From Felis catus (Eukaryota): a DNA stretch of 64,000 bases. Of the stretch, positions 40,705-53,927 are shown piece after piece. The translations under genes and the position numbers were made by a program. The stretch's first letter is position 1. Each line of letters opens with the position of its first letter. The notes beneath the pieces were generated by a model that had not been told where the DNA came from, searched no databases, and was given only the letters and a program-made list of their open reading frames with translations. The stretch is from the NCBI RefSeq assembly GCF_018350175.1, contig NC_058368.1, forward strand, positions 173,106,001 to 173,170,000, in the 5' to 3' direction.

Positions 40705-41224
40705 TCTGGGAAAACTTTTAGTTGTGCTTCTTTTTTGAAAGGTAGCTTTGCTTCATACAGGACTTCGGTTGACAGGTTTTTTTCTTTGTGCAGTTTGAAT
40801 ATATTATGCCAGTGCCTCTGGCCTCCATTGTTTCTGCTGAGAGGTCATCTGTTATCAGGGTTCCCTTGTATGTAAACTGTCTTTTCTCTTGGTGCTTTTA
40901 TAATTTTCTCCTTGGTTTTGATTTTTTACATTTTTACTATGAAGTATCCATGGACCCCTTTACATTTATCCTCCCTAGAATTTGTTGTGCTTCCTGGATA
41001 TGTAAGTTATTATTTTTCTATAAATTTGGTGAGTTTTCAGCCATTAATTTCTTCAAATACTTGTTGCTCTACCTTTTCTCTTTTCCCCTTCTGCTACTTT
41101 AATCAAATGTTTGTCAGTATGCTTTGTGTTGCCCTACATTTCTCTGAGGTTCTTGTTTATTTTTCTTTATTCTTTTTCTCTGTTTTTCAGTTTGCATAAC
41201 TTATTAATCTATCTTCAAGTTTGC

Positions 41225-41259
<35 letters not shown>

Positions 41260-42329
41260 TTTTTGAGAGAGAGAGAGAGAGAGAGAGAGGACAGGGGGAG
41301 GGGCAGAGAGAGAGGGAGAGAGAGGATCCCAGGCAGGCTCTGCACTGTCAGTGCAGAGCCCAACATGGGGAACTCACGAACCATGAGATCATGAGCTGAG
41401 TCAAAATCAAGAGTTGGGTGCTTAACCATCTGAGCCACCCAGTACCCCTTATTCTTTTTTTTTTTTAAGTTTATTTATTTATTTTGAGAGACAGAGTGAA
41501 AGGAGGGAAGGAGCAGAGAGAGAGGGAGAGAGAGAGAATCCCAAGTAGGCTTCGTGTGTTAGCTCATGAACTGTGAGATCATAACCTGAGGCGGATTCAA
41601 GAGTCAGAAGCTTAACTGACTGACTGAGCCACCCATGCTTATTCTTTTTTTTGCACAGTTATGTCCCCTTAGTGATTTTTAAATTTCAGTTATTGTTTTT
41701 CAACTTCATAATTTCTGGGGTTTGTTTTTAATGTTTTTATTTATTTTTGAGAGACAGAGACAGGACAGAGCACAAGTGGGGGAGGGGCAGACTGAGAGGG
41801 AGACACAGAATCTGAAGCAGTCTCCAGGCTCTGAGCTGTTAGCACATAGCCCAAAGCAGGGCTCTAACTCAGGAACCATGAGATCATGAACTGAGCCAAA
41901 GTTGGAAACTTAAACGACTGAGCCACCCTGGCGCCCCCAGTTGGTTCCTTTTTTTTTTTTTTTTAATGATTTCTATCTCTTTATGGATATTCTTCATTTG
42001 ATAAGACACTGTCATCATAGTTTCCTTTATTCTTTTTTATTTTCTTTGGTTCTGTGAATACGGATGGATGGCTACTTTAAAGTTTTTTTTTTTTTTTTTG
42101 ATGTATCTGAACTCTGGTTGCTCTCAGTTTCTGTTGTCCACTTTTACCAGTGTAATACTTTCCTATTTCTTTGCATGTCTTGTAAATTTTTTGTTGGAAA
42201 CTGTTTTTTTTTTTTAAATAATTTATTATAGCAACTGTTATAGTCAATTTTATATGTCAACTTGACTGGGCCATAGGGTATCCAGAAAGTTGGTGAAACA
42301 TTACTTTGGGTGTTTCTGTGAGGATGTTT

Positions 42330-42559
42330 TTAAATTTTTTTTTTTAATTTTTTTTTCAATGTTTATTTATTTTTGGGACAGAGAGAGACAGAGCATGAAT
42401 GGGGGAGGGGCAGAGAGAGAGGGAGACACAGAATCGGAAACAGGCTCCAGGCTCTGAGCCATCAGCCCAGAGCCCGACGCGGGGCTCGAACTCACGGACC
42501 GCGAGATCGTGACCTGGCTGAAGTCGGACGCTTAACCGACTGCGCCACCCAGGCGCCCC
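42330..42559 (-). mobile_element. Young SINEC_Fc-type SINE fused to an L1 fragment
   Basis: Nearly identical to the other young copies, CpGs intact. Confidence 0.95.
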
Positions 42560-42595
42560 AAGATTTCATTCTTTTTGATTGCCGAGTAATACTCC

Positions 42596-42645
<50 letters not shown>

Positions 42646-43388
42646 CCACATTTTCTTTATCCATTCATCCACCAAGGGACATTTGGGCTCTTTCCATACT
42701 TTGGCTATTGTTGATAGTGCTGTTGTAAACATGGGGGTGCATGTGTCCCTTCAAAACAGCACACCTGTATCCCGTGGATAAATGCCTAGAAGTGCAATTG
42801 GTGGGTCGTAGGGTAGTTCTATTTTTAATTTTTTGAGGAACCTCCATACTGTTTTCCAGAGTGGCTGCACCAGTTTGCATTCCCACCAGCAGTGCCAGAG
42901 AGATCCTCTCTCTCCACATCCTTGCCAACATCTGTTGTTGCCTGAGTTGTTAATGTTAGGCATTCTGACAGGTGTGAGGTGGTATCTCATTGTGGTTTCA
43001 ATTTGTATTTCCCTGATGATGAGTGATGTTGAGCATCATTTCACGTGTCAGTTGGCCATCTGGATGTCTTCTTTGGAAAAGTGTCTACTCAGGTCTTTTG
43101 CCCATTTCTTCACTGAATTATTTGTTTTTTGGGTGTTGTGTTTGATAAATTCTTTATAGATTTTGGATACTAAACCTTTATTTGATATGTCGTTTGCAAA
43201 TATCTTCTCCCATTACGTCAGTGCCTTTTAGTTTTGCTGATTGTTTCCTTCACTGTGCAGAAGCTTTTTATTTTGATGAGGTCCCAATAGTTCACTTTTG
43301 CTTTTGTTTCCCTTGTCTCTGGAGACGTGTTGAGTAAGAAGCTGCTGCAGCCGAGGTCAAAGAGGTTGTTGCCTGCTTTCTCTCTAGG
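42560..43388 (-). mobile_element. Young felid L1 fragment (ORF2 end) lacking its 3' tail
   Basis: ORF 42751..42990 is the L1 ORF2 C-terminus and is nearly identical to the 48.2-48.9 kb copy. Confidence 0.92.
42598..42642 (+). repeat. (GT)n microsatellite expanded within the L1 3' UTR
   Basis: The sister L1 copies have only a short (TA)n at this position (32903, 48847). Confidence 0.95.
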
Positions 43389-44351
43389 AATTTCTGCTGT
43401 CCTTTGGATGAGAACTACACCATTGGCTCTCCTGATTCTCAGGCCTTTGAGCTTTAAATGGAACTAAAGCCATCAGCTTTCCTAGGTCTCTAGTTTGCTG
43501 AGTTATCCTTAGGATCTTGGGACTTGTCTTTCTTAATTTTGTGGATTAATTCCTTAAAATCTTTCTCTCTCTCATCTCTTACTGGTTTTATTTCTCTGGA
43601 GAACCCTGACTAATATAGCAACTCTGAGTACTGGTCCCTTCAACCCTCCGGGACTTACTGTTATTTGCTTGTTTGTTTGGTGATTGGTTGGATTATTTTA
43701 ATGAAGTCTACTTTCCAGGCCCCCACATCAGTGTAAAGCCTCTGATGTTCCTCAGGGAGACATAGCTTTTGATATGTCCACAGTAACCCTAGGATAGTGA
43801 TTTTGATAGGACTCTATTCCTCTCTTTTCCTGATCCTACCCAGTTGTTGAATTGTTCTAATTGCCAGCTGATTGCTGTATTGTTTTAAACAATCCCCTGG
43901 GGTATAAATTGCTCTGTAGATTTATCCAATCAAATTCTGGCTCCTTTGAAATAATAGTTCCTGAGGTCAGTGTTTGATATCTATTTTGACTCCTTCCAGC
44001 TGTGTTATTCCCTGGGTTTTTCCTGTAGACTGACTGGCCTGTAATTTATCCTGCATCTCAATTTTCTTTCCAGTTAACTTTTACCACAACCACTGCTCTT
44101 CTTGTGAGCACCCTTAGCCTTGAACTTCTCCAAACTTTGTTGTAAATGAAGTCGCTTACTTTAGGAAGAGATTAGGAGCTACCTGTTCTTTTCTCCTCCC
44201 TCCCTCCATCCTGCCTGCTTTTCCCTGGAAGCAAAATCTCTAAACCGGGGCTCTGGAGCTGTAGAAAATAGGACCAATGACAAGCTTCTCTCTGAGTAAT
44301 GCTCCTACTCTAGGGTCTAGGACCTCTTGGCTTGCTATCCTGATGTGGAAC

Positions 44352-44813
44352 TGTTAACAAAAAACCCAAGTTCAGCTGCCTGTAGTTCAAAAAGCCAATA
44401 TTCAAGAGATGAGTTTTTGACTTGAAAGGAATATGAGCTTTATTCAGGTAGCTGGCCCCCTGGGAGAAGGCAGAGTCTTTCCCAAAAGCAACTCCAAGGT
44501 TTCTGCTCGGCCCAAAGACTTTTAAAGGAACTTTAGGGCAGTTAATCAGTAAAGGGGGGGAGCACACAGGTCTGTAACACTTCTTGATTGCATGCAGACT
44601 CAATTGTGCCAGCTACAGAAATTATCAAGGTGCTCAGAAGTTGTGCAAGCAGATTTGGTTCAGAGTCTTTCTTGGGAACAATGCATGATCTACAGATATA
44701 CAAAGAAAGGTTAATTACTTAATCACATGGGCTAAAGGTGGTTGCTAAAACTTTAAAGACTACTAAATTGGCCAGAGGGGCTGAGGTCATGGCTTTAGAA
44801 CTACTGTGTTTCA
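44352..44813 (-). mobile_element. Solo LTR, ERV1-like
   Basis: TG...CA ends, CTTTATT at ~44438, ~460 bp, interrupts the old L1. Confidence 0.6.
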
Positions 44814-47800
44814 TGAGCTCAGGCAAGGTGATCAGGGCTCTAGTATTCTCAGCATGACCAGGGGCTAGGTGAGGGGATTCTCAGCTTCCCAACTGTGTTT
44901 TCCAGGGACTTAGCCTCAGCAACAGGTTGCTGGAGACAGAATGAGAAACTGATGTCCTGCTCCTCCTTGGAAGGAAGCCTTTGACCATGAGCTGAGGGAA
45001 GGGTGCCCTGTGTTCTTGGCTGTAGCAGTCTGTAGAGCAAACTCTACCTTACTGAGCTGGGAGGTGGAGGGGAGGGAGCAGAGCATTCTTGGTTCAGATA
45101 TTGCAGTCTCACTTTTCTCACTGAATTTTTAATAGATTGTTTGATTTCTTCATTTACTCTTTGTCCTTAAGACTATTGTCAGAGGCTTGAAAAACATTTT
45201 TTTATAGTTTATTTATTTTGAGAGAGAGAGAGAACATGAATAGGGGAGGAGCAGAGAGAGAGAGAGAGAGAGAGGGAGAGAAGAGAGAGAGAGAGAGGGA
45301 GAGAGAGAATCCCTAGCAGACTCCATGCTGCCAGCTCAGAGCCCAATGCAGGGCTCAAACTCATGAACCATGAGCTCATGACATGAGCTGAAATCAAGAG
45401 TAGGTGGCTTAACCAACTGAGCCACCCAGGCACCCCTTAAGTAGGCTTCACACCCAATGTGGGGCTTAATTAAACTTACCACCTTGAGAAGGCCCAGTGC
45501 TCTACTGACTGAGCCACCCAGGAACCCCTCAATGAAGTTATTTTTAAAAAAGAGAGAGAACCTGTCACATTGTGTGTCAGGATTGAGGGGCAGTCACTGA
45601 CTTCTGGCCATGGTCACCCCTCCCATTTCTCCTGTACACGGATTTCATTAAATAATAAAAATCATGTATTTTTTTTAAAAAGATTCTGACTCTAGATTAT
45701 CTACTAATTACAAATTCTTTGTTTCTTTCATACCTATGTACACATTGTCTGTTAGCTGTCAGCACTGTGTATGGGTCTCTTGGGATTCCACCATCTTTAA
45801 CGTATCCTTACTTGATAGGGTTTTTGCCACACTTCCTACAAGGTCCTCTTGTTGTTGTGTGGTAATGTAATAACTGTTATTGTATTGCTCTACCATGGCC
45901 TATTTTAAGTTAGCCTCTCTCCCATGGGTGAGCATTTGGATTGTTTCTAGTTTTTAGCAAATATAATATACAATTTGGCTATAATCATCTTTGTTCAAGT
46001 CTGTTCTTCTCTCTTTTGAATCATCTTCTTGAGATGTATTCCCCAATGTGGTATTACTTGGGTTGAGAGTATGATCATTTTTATGATTCTTGACAGCTAT
46101 TGCCAAATTTCTCTCTGGAAAGATTACAATTGTTTATAGAGCATTCACAATGAAGAAATATACTTATTTTCTCACAGTCCTGTTACCATTGAGTTTTGTC
46201 TGTTTTATTTGTTCTTGCTAATTTAACAAATGTGCTGTGGGACTTTTATTTTATATTTAATTGTTAGTGATGCTCTACATTTGTTTTAGTGCTTATTTAT
46301 TGTTAACATTTTCTTGTGGGTTAACTCTATGTGTTTGACAGTCCCAACTTTGTATGGGACTTCGGGCAAATCAGTAGCCACCTTTTCTCACTGTGATTCA
46401 ATTTCTCAAACTGTGAAGTGGAAATTGAGCTAAATCAGTGTTTACTTTGCTTAATAGAAGAATTCTTTTTTCCAAACATGATTCTGTGTAGGTTCCTAAT
46501 GTTTGAGAGAGATTACAAGTGGTAATTTATTGATATACAGCTATTTTAAAAGTTAAAGATTATAAGTTATTTATAAAATCAATTAATTTGAAAAATGAGG
46601 CAGTCTATGTAAAGACAAAATTTTGCAGTTGGGTATTATAGGTGGCAATTGGAGTCTTTGTATCAGAGTCATCATGTAACTTACTGTGTTCTTTTAAACT
46701 TTTTATTTTGGCGTAATTTTAGACTTACAGAAAAGTTGACAGACTAGTACAAAGAATTCCCATATAACCTTCATCTAGATTTCCCAAATGTTAAAATTTA
46801 CTACTTTAGTTCTATCATTGTTTCTACTTTTGCTTTATAGATGATGTTTTTGAACCACTTGAGATCAAGTTGTAGACATGATGCTACTTTGCCACTTAAC
46901 TCTAAATACTAAAGTGTAAATTTCTCAAAAGCAAGGACCTTTTCATATATAATCACTGTATAGTTATCAAAGTAAAAAAAATCACATTGACACAATAGTG
47001 TTATTTAATCTATAGACTTTATTCAAATGTCCCAATCAATCCTTTCCTTTATAAAAGCCAAAGAGAATTCTAGATCATATATTCCATTCAGTTGTCATGT
47101 CTCTCTACTTTCTTTAATCTGGATGAATTCCTGGCTTTTTTGTCTTTCATGCCACTGATATATTTAAAGAGTGAAAAATAGGTATTTTATAGAATGTCCC
47201 TCATTTTGGGTTTGTTTCTGTTTCTCTATGGTTAAAGTGTATGCATTTTGGCAGCAATACCACAGGCATCATATCAGCTTGTACATGACATTGATGTGCC
47301 TCATCACTAGTGATGATAACTCTGATCATTTGATTAAGGTGGTGCCCGCCAGTTTTCTCTATTGTAAAGTTACTGTTTTCCCCTTTGTAATTAATACTTA
47401 TTTTGTGAAGAAATTTTTCAAGATTATATACATATCTTGTTAGTTATCAACCTTGCATCCACTAGCTTTAATATTCATTGATGACACTGCCTTAATTTTA
47501 CTCTGTTGGTTGCCAAATGGTGGTTTTATAATTTTGTCATTCATTCTACATTTATTAATTGACCTTCTACCTAATGGAAGAACTGTCCCTTCTCCCTTAT
47601 TTATTTATGTATTTATATCAGTATAGAATCAAATTATTATTTTATTCAATGAGTTACAGTCTATGACTATCATTATTTATTTTTATTTTTATATTGTCCT
47701 GTATTTGACCCTAGGAACCCCTTCAGGTTGACTCCTGTATGTTTGACATGTTCTCATCTTTCTTTAAGCACTTCTTTACTTTCTTGCACAAACGGATGAT

Positions 47801-48233
47801 CTGGGCTCATCTTGTACTTTCCGTGGAGTCAGCCACTTCTCTGAGTCCTAGTTCTGTATAGTAGAGAATGGTTTAAAAATTTATTTTTTATTTTGTTTTT
47901 AATTTTTAAATTTATTTTTGAGAGAGGGAGAGACTGAGTATGAGTATGGGAGGGGCACAGAGAGAGAGGGAGACACAGAATCCAAAGCAGGCTCCTGGCT
48001 CTAAGCTGTCAGCACAGAGCCTGACATGGGGCTCAAACTCACAAACTGTGGGATCATGACCTGAGCTGAAGTTCGACACTTAACTGACTGAGCCACCTGA
48101 CAAGAAATTCTACGCAGAAATGGCAAGAGAAGCTTTAGAAGGAGAGGTTAGCACAGAAACGTTAGGTAACTTGGATGCAGCAATCACTAAAAGGTCTCTG
48201 GTGATTACTTTGTTTTAAAATATACAGTTTGTT

Positions 48234-49245
48234 CACGGCAAAGGAATCAATCAGCAAAACTAAAAGGCAACGGACAGAATGGGAGAAGACATTTGCAAGT
48301 GACATATCAGATAAAGGGTTAGTGTCCAAAACCTATTAAGAACTTATCAAACTCAACACTCAAAAAACAAATAATCCAGTGAAGAAATGGGCAAAAGACA
48401 TGAATAGATACTTCTCCAAGGAAGACATCCAGATGGCCAACTGACACGTGAAATGATGCTCAATATCACTCATCATCAGGGAAATACAAATCAAAACCAC
48501 AATGAGATACCACCTCACACCTATCAGAATGCCTAACATTAACAACTCAGGCAACAACAGATGTTGGCAAGGATGTGGAGAGAGAGGATCTCTTTTGCAT
48601 TGTTGGTGGGAATGCAAGCTGGTGCAACCACTCTGGAAAACAGTGTGGAGGTTCCTCAAAAAACTAAAAATAGAACTACCTTATGACCCAGCAATTGCAC
48701 TTCTAGGCATTTATCCACGGGATACAGGTGTGCTGTTTTGAAGGGACACATGCACCCCCATGTTTATAGCAGCACTATCAACAATAGCCAAAGTATGGAA
48801 AGAGCCCAAATGTCCCTTGATGGATGAATGGATAAAGAAAATGTGGTATATATATATATACAATGGAGTATTACTCGACAGTCAAAAGAATGAAATCTTG
48901 CCAATTTACAACAATGTGGATGGACTGGAGGGTATTATGCTAAGTGAAATTAGTCAGTCAGAGAAAGACAAAAATCATATGACTTCACTCATATGAGGAC
49001 TTTAAGAGACAAAACAGATGAACATAAGGGAAGGGAAACAAAAATAATATAAAAACAGGGAGGGGGACAAACAGAAGAGACTCATAAATATGGAGAACAA
49101 ACTGAGGGTTACTGGAAGGGTTGTGGGGCGGGGGATGGGCTAAATGGGTAAGGGGCACTAAGGAATCTACTCCTGAAATCATTGTTGCACTATATGCTAA
49201 CTAATTTGGATGTAAATTTTAAAAAATAAAAAATAAAATTAAAAA
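48234..49245 (+). mobile_element. 5'-truncated young felid L1 (end of ORF2, 3' UTR, A tail)
   Basis: [10 protein letters not shown]...[23 protein letters not shown]. Target duplication AAAATATACAGTTT at 48217 and 49244. Confidence 0.93.
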
Positions 49246-50162
49246 AATATACAGTTTATTCATTAAAATTTTTTTTTAATGTTTTTATTTTATTTTTGAG
49301 AGAGAGAGACAGAGTGTGAGCAGGGGAGGGGCAGAGAGACTGGGAGACACAGAATCCGAAGCAGGCTCCAGGCTCTGAGCCATCGGCACAGAGCCTGAGA
49401 CTGGGCTTGAACCTCTTGGACTGTGAGATCATGACCTGAGCCGAAGTCAACCAACTGAGCTACCCAGGCACCCCTACAGTTCATTCATTTTTAATCACAC
49501 AATAGTTATAAAAATAAAATCAGGACATAAAGGCTATGGTAAAATTCTCTTTGATCCCAATTTTAGATGTTTACTCCCTTTTCAGAAGTATCCTATACTT
49601 TATGCTCATTATGTATCCAAGTATCCTCCCAGGCCTATGAAAATACTTCTACATGTTCTGTTACTTAAAAAAAAAAAAAAGTGATATTTGTATAAGAGTT
49701 TGTATTCACATAAGTGGAATCATGCTGAGAGCGTCATTCATTCTCCTCCCATCTGTGCTGGGTACTGGGTATTCTTCTAAGTCCTGGGGATGCAGCAATG
49801 CACAGAATAAAGTCCCTATTCTCCCAGAGCTTGCATCATCCTGCGATTTGCTCTTTAAAGTTAATATCATGTTTTGAGATGTATCCATAATGACACATGC
49901 AGATTTGGTTCACTTCTTTTAATTGTTTTATGTTATTATATTATATGAATATACTATACTATGTGATATATCATTCCTTTACCGCTGGACATTCAGAACT
50001 ATATCAATTAGGATGTTTTTACTGCAAGTAACAAAACATACTGATATAAAATTAAGGACGCTTAGTATTTCACATTACAGAAAGTCCAGAAGTTGAATGC
50101 TTTCCAGGTATATATGATCAGAGCTCTCACCCTGTTATTTTCTAATTTTTCCTCTTCTAAGC

Positions 50163-50612
50163 TGTGTATTAGTTATCTGTTGTTATATAACAAATTACCC
50201 CAAAACTTGGTGGCTCAAATAATTAATATAATTTTTGTGGGTCAGGAATTTGAGTATAGCTTAGCCAGGTGGTGCCTTTGACTTAAGGTCTCTTATGAGG
50301 TTGTAGTTAAGCTGTCACCTTGTGGGGCTGGGGTATTGGTAGTAGTGGAATTCTCTCTCACACATGGGTCTCTCCACATGACTGTCTCATGACATGGCAT
50401 TTGGAGTCCCCCAAAGTGAGCAAATGCAAAGGGTGAGAATGCCCAGGAAGGAAACCTAGTCTTTTTATAACCTAGTCTTGGAAATGACATCCCATTACTT
50501 CTGCCTTATTACATATTTTTTAAAAGTGAGTTAGTAAGTATAGCCCACCCTTAAGAGAGTGAATGCCGGAAAGCAGGATGATTGAGGGCCATTTTGGAGG
50601 CTGCCTATCAAT
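50163..50612. mobile_element. MLT1 (MaLR) LTR
   Basis: TGTATTAGTTATCT...AACAAATTACCCCAAAACTT through GCCATTTTGGAGGCTGCCTATCA. Confidence 0.7.
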
Positions 50613-50829
50613 GGCTGGTCTGAAGTAAGATGCTCCAAATGGAACTTTCTGGCCCTGCACTGAAATCTTTTCTGATCTCCCCCTTCCCAGTTCTATTCAA
50701 TCAACATGTATTGAGTGTTTGCTTTTGGCCAGGCTCTTTGCTACTTGCTGGGGTTATACAGATCATGTCTTCAGAAAGCTCACAAGTCTCATAAAAGAGA
50801 TAAATACGTTCAGCAGATAACTCCAGTAT

Positions 50830-51430
50830 ACCATGGGTGATTAAATGTCCCAGCAGCTGAGGAAGCAAGCAGGGGAACTATACTGGGACTGGTCTCAGGT
50901 CTCCTTAACTGGTGTGTGCACTCTCATTCAAGATATTAGCAAGAAGCAGGGATTGGCCAGGGCTGCCCTTGGGCATCCCATAGCAGGGTGCTCAGGGCAT
51001 TCCTTTTTCCTTGGGTGTCCCTGCTTCTGGCAGTAACTACCTTGGTTCCATCCCAGGTTGGCAATTCCCTGTCAGTTGTCTGGTCTTCTGGGTCTCCTAA
51101 GGTCATCTGGAAGTGGTGGAGGAATTAGGGCAGCCAAAAGTTGTGTCTTTTTGGCCAATCTTCTATATCTATTAACTCCTTCTGCCTTGTCCCTGTTATT
51201 ATAGATCTTGAAGGCCTCTTCCACCAAGGTTGACAGTGGAGTCTGAGGGATGGCCTCTAACTTTTGTAATTTTTCTCCTCATGTCTAGAGTAGATTGGGT
51301 AATAAAATGCATGGAAAGCAATGCCCTTCCCTCTGCAGGTCTGTGTTAGTATAGTGTACAGTCTTCACAGAAGACAATGAGATCTAATTGGGTGACAAAT
51401 TTGACTGGCTCACTGACAGAGAAGCCCATA
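50830..51430 (-). pseudogene. ERV gag remnant (capsid C-terminus and nucleocapsid knuckle)
   Basis: Manual translation across frameshifts gives YTNTD..AEGRALLSMHFITQSTLDMRRK/LQKLEAIPQTPLSTLVEEAFKIYNNRD (cf. FITQSAPDIRRKLQKL). A decayed knuckle NQGSYCQKQGH..KKECP sits at ~50990-51050. A possible gag start MGFSVSEP is at 51429. Confidence 0.8.
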
Positions 51431-52149
51431 CACCTCTTCTCCCCACAGACAGGACAGAGAGGGTAGAAGTACCAAGAAGTGTTTTTTTTTTTTTTTTAAG
51501 TTTATTTATTCATGTAGAGAGAGAGAGAGGTAGTGTGGGGCAGAGAAAGAGAGGGAGACAGAGAATTCCTAGCTGGCTCTTTATCATCAATCAGCACAGA
51601 GCCTGATGCAAGGCCTGACCCATGAACTGTGAGATCATGACCTGAGCAGAAACCAAGAGTCATAACACAATTTGATTTATGGGGCATCTGGGTGGCTCAT
51701 TCGGTTAAGCGTCCAACTTTGGCTCAGTTCATGATCTCACAGTTTGTGAGTTCGAGCCCTGTGTGGGGCTCTGCACTGACAGCTCAGAGCCTGGAGCCTG
51801 CTTCAGATTCTGTGTCTCCCTCTTTCTGTCTCTCTGCCTCTCATGCTCCCTCTCTCTCTCTCTATCTCTCTCTCAAAAATAAACAAAATTAAAAAAAATT
51901 TTTTTTAAAAACAATTTGATTTAATGTTTTATTTATTTTTGAGACAGAGAGAGACAAAGCATGAGCAGGGGAGGGTCAGAGAGAGAGGGAGACACAGAAT
52001 CCGAAGCAGGCTCCAGGCTCTGAGCTGTCAGCACAGAGCCCGATGCGGGACTCGAACCCACGAACTGCGAGATCATTACCTGAGCTGAAGTCAGACGCTT
52101 AACTGATTGAGCAACGCAGGCACCCCAAAAAACACTTTGATTTAAACAC

Positions 52150-53354
52150 AAACGTAGGCCACATTAGGCCTGTGTGGTTACCAGTTTGCAATCTCTGGAT
52201 TTAATATCAGAAGAAAGAAGAAAGAAACCCCTCTACTGCATACCTATTGCCTGCCAGGGTGGGCACATGGGATTTTTGCCTCTCCTACTGCTCTTTTTTT
52301 TTTTTTTTTTTTTTGGTTAAGGGGCTTAACCAATTGAGCCACCAGGCTACCCCTGAGAACTATCAAGAAATTTTAATTTTTTTTTTTCAACGTTTATTTA
52401 TTTTTGGGACAGAGAGAGACAGAGCATGAACGGGGGGGGGGGGGGCAGAGAGAGAGGGAGACACAGAATCGGAAACAGGCTCCAGGCTCTGAGCCATCAG
52501 CCCAGAGCCTGACGCGGGGCTCGAACTCCCGGACCGTGAGATCGTGACCTGGCTGAAGTCGGACGCTTAACCGACTGCGCCACCCAGGCGCCCCAAGAAA
52601 TTTTAAAGAGGGTTAAAAACAAGGAGTCTCCAGGTTGAAAATGGGCAGTGGGCAGAGTAGAGGGAGCTGGAAGAAGCAAAAGGAGAAAGCGAGAAGAAAA
52701 GAAAGAAGCCAAGCAAGGGCCAGTGGAGGGAGGCACTCTGTCCATTGCCCATTGGGGTGATCAGACTAGGGGAATCAGCTGTTTCACTGCATCCCTTATG
52801 GGTGTCTATTCAGACAACTTGGAACCAGGGAATAAAAGGAGAAAGGAGAGAGAAAAAAAGAGAAAGTTTCCTGTGGCTATCAGACTTCCAGCTATTATAT
52901 GGTGTGAGGCTAATTCCTCCACCACTCTCACTTGTCCCTGCTCAGGGACAGACTGTTTGACCAAGGTCTACTTGGTATAAAGTGAGCCTCTCCCACCTCT
53001 GCTGGTTAGGTAACAACCAAACAGAGCATGTTCTCAGCCTGTAGGCTGAGAAAAGTTAAGCTGTAGCTGTCTTGTGGCCATGCCCATTAGTTGAGTATAA
53101 GGAAGGGGAAAAGTGTGGAAAAGGAGAGGGAGATTAAAGGAGGAGGGAAGGAAATTGGAAAGGAAGGGCAAAGGGTAAAGCATTGCCTGAATGAAGTAGT
53201 GGGAACCCTGGGATGCTGGAGGCTGACTTACCTAGCACTGTGACAGTGAAGCAAAGGTTCAGGCAGCTTCTAGTCAGCTATGAAGGGGTTTCGTCCAGCC
53301 ACCCTCCCCGTGGGTCCCAGACGCTCTCCTACAGGGGACAGAAGACCTCCTGGG
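52150..53354 (-). mobile_element. ERV 5' leader with major splice donor, interrupted by SINEs
   Basis: CTAG|GTAAGT at 53232/53231, ~125 nt after the PBS, followed by pyrimidine-rich leader-type sequence. Confidence 0.7.
52376..52594 (-). mobile_element. Young SINEC_Fc-type SINE in the ERV leader
   Basis: AAGAAATTTTAA duplication. Confidence 0.95.
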
Positions 53355-53372
53355 GTCCTGGTGGAGTTGCCA
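53355..53372 (-). other. Primer-binding site complementary to tRNA-Arg(TCT)
   Basis: TGGCAACTCCACCAGGAC lies 8 nt after the LTR end. It differs from TGGCGACTCCGCCGGGAC (recalled tRNA-Arg-TCT 3' complement) only by three CG>CA changes. Confidence 0.75.
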
Positions 53373-53380
53373 AAAAAGTA

Positions 53381-53790
53381 TGATACCAACCTCTAAGGAG
53401 GCTTAGCTGGGAAAAGGGTGATGTTTAAGTATGTAAAGGTGGGGATTTCTGATACCTGTGCACTTAAAGGTCATGCTTCTTCATGCCTTGCATGCCTAAT
53501 TAGCATGTAAAATCTCTACCCTTGGGTGGGATTTTTAGTATTATAATGAGGGAAAAGTCGGTGAAAGGTCAGTGTTGGTGGCCATCCTGGCACAGACTGG
53601 TTTTATCCAGTCTTCACCAGTGTTCATAGTTGAGTTCTTCCTTTCCGTAACCATCTTGTTTCCACATTTCTGCAAGATATACTACTCAGGAGACATGGAG
53701 TTTCAGCTTTTCTTTTTATGTAGACAGCTAAGGAATGCTGGATTTTGCATTTAGGATTGAAGGGAGCTGAGTTTAGTTCTTGCTGTCTCA
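53381..53790 (-). mobile_element. Internal ERV1 LTR, lacking ~150 bp of the R/U5 region
   Basis: Begins TGAGACAG right after a purine-rich stretch downstream of env and ends GGTATCA. Aligns by eye to the reverse complement of 56349-56745. Confidence 0.85.
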
Positions 53791-53927
53791 TTTCTCCAGA
53801 GATTTTACTCTCCTTATTCCTAAGGAGAAGGGGCTGAAGATCTCATCTTCTGAAACTTCTTCCTGCCGAGTGGGGGCTGTTGTCCTTAATCTGGACGTGT
53901 AAAAAAACCTCTCCCTATTCTGACTAT

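Larger units (their letters stand above)
42236..43618. mobile_element. MLT2 (ERVL) LTR split by the SINE+L1 block
   Basis: 5' part TTTTATATGTCAACTTGACTGGGCCA (42236-42330) and 3' part TCTCTGGAGAACCCTGACTAATA (43390-43618). Confidence 0.75.
38530..45190 (-). mobile_element. Old, heavily fragmented L1 (5' region, ORF1, ORF2 endonuclease) hosting many later insertions
   Basis: Endonuclease remnants LTDDYKTLHPTTEYTFFSRQHGTFSR (39509-39802) and NGLNTLIKSQRLSDWI (40150-40332). T-rich + strand. Confidence 0.7.

Noticed and set aside
38530..49245. Active or full-length L1
   Set aside because: The old element is fragmented with many stops, and the young copies are 1 kb or shorter.
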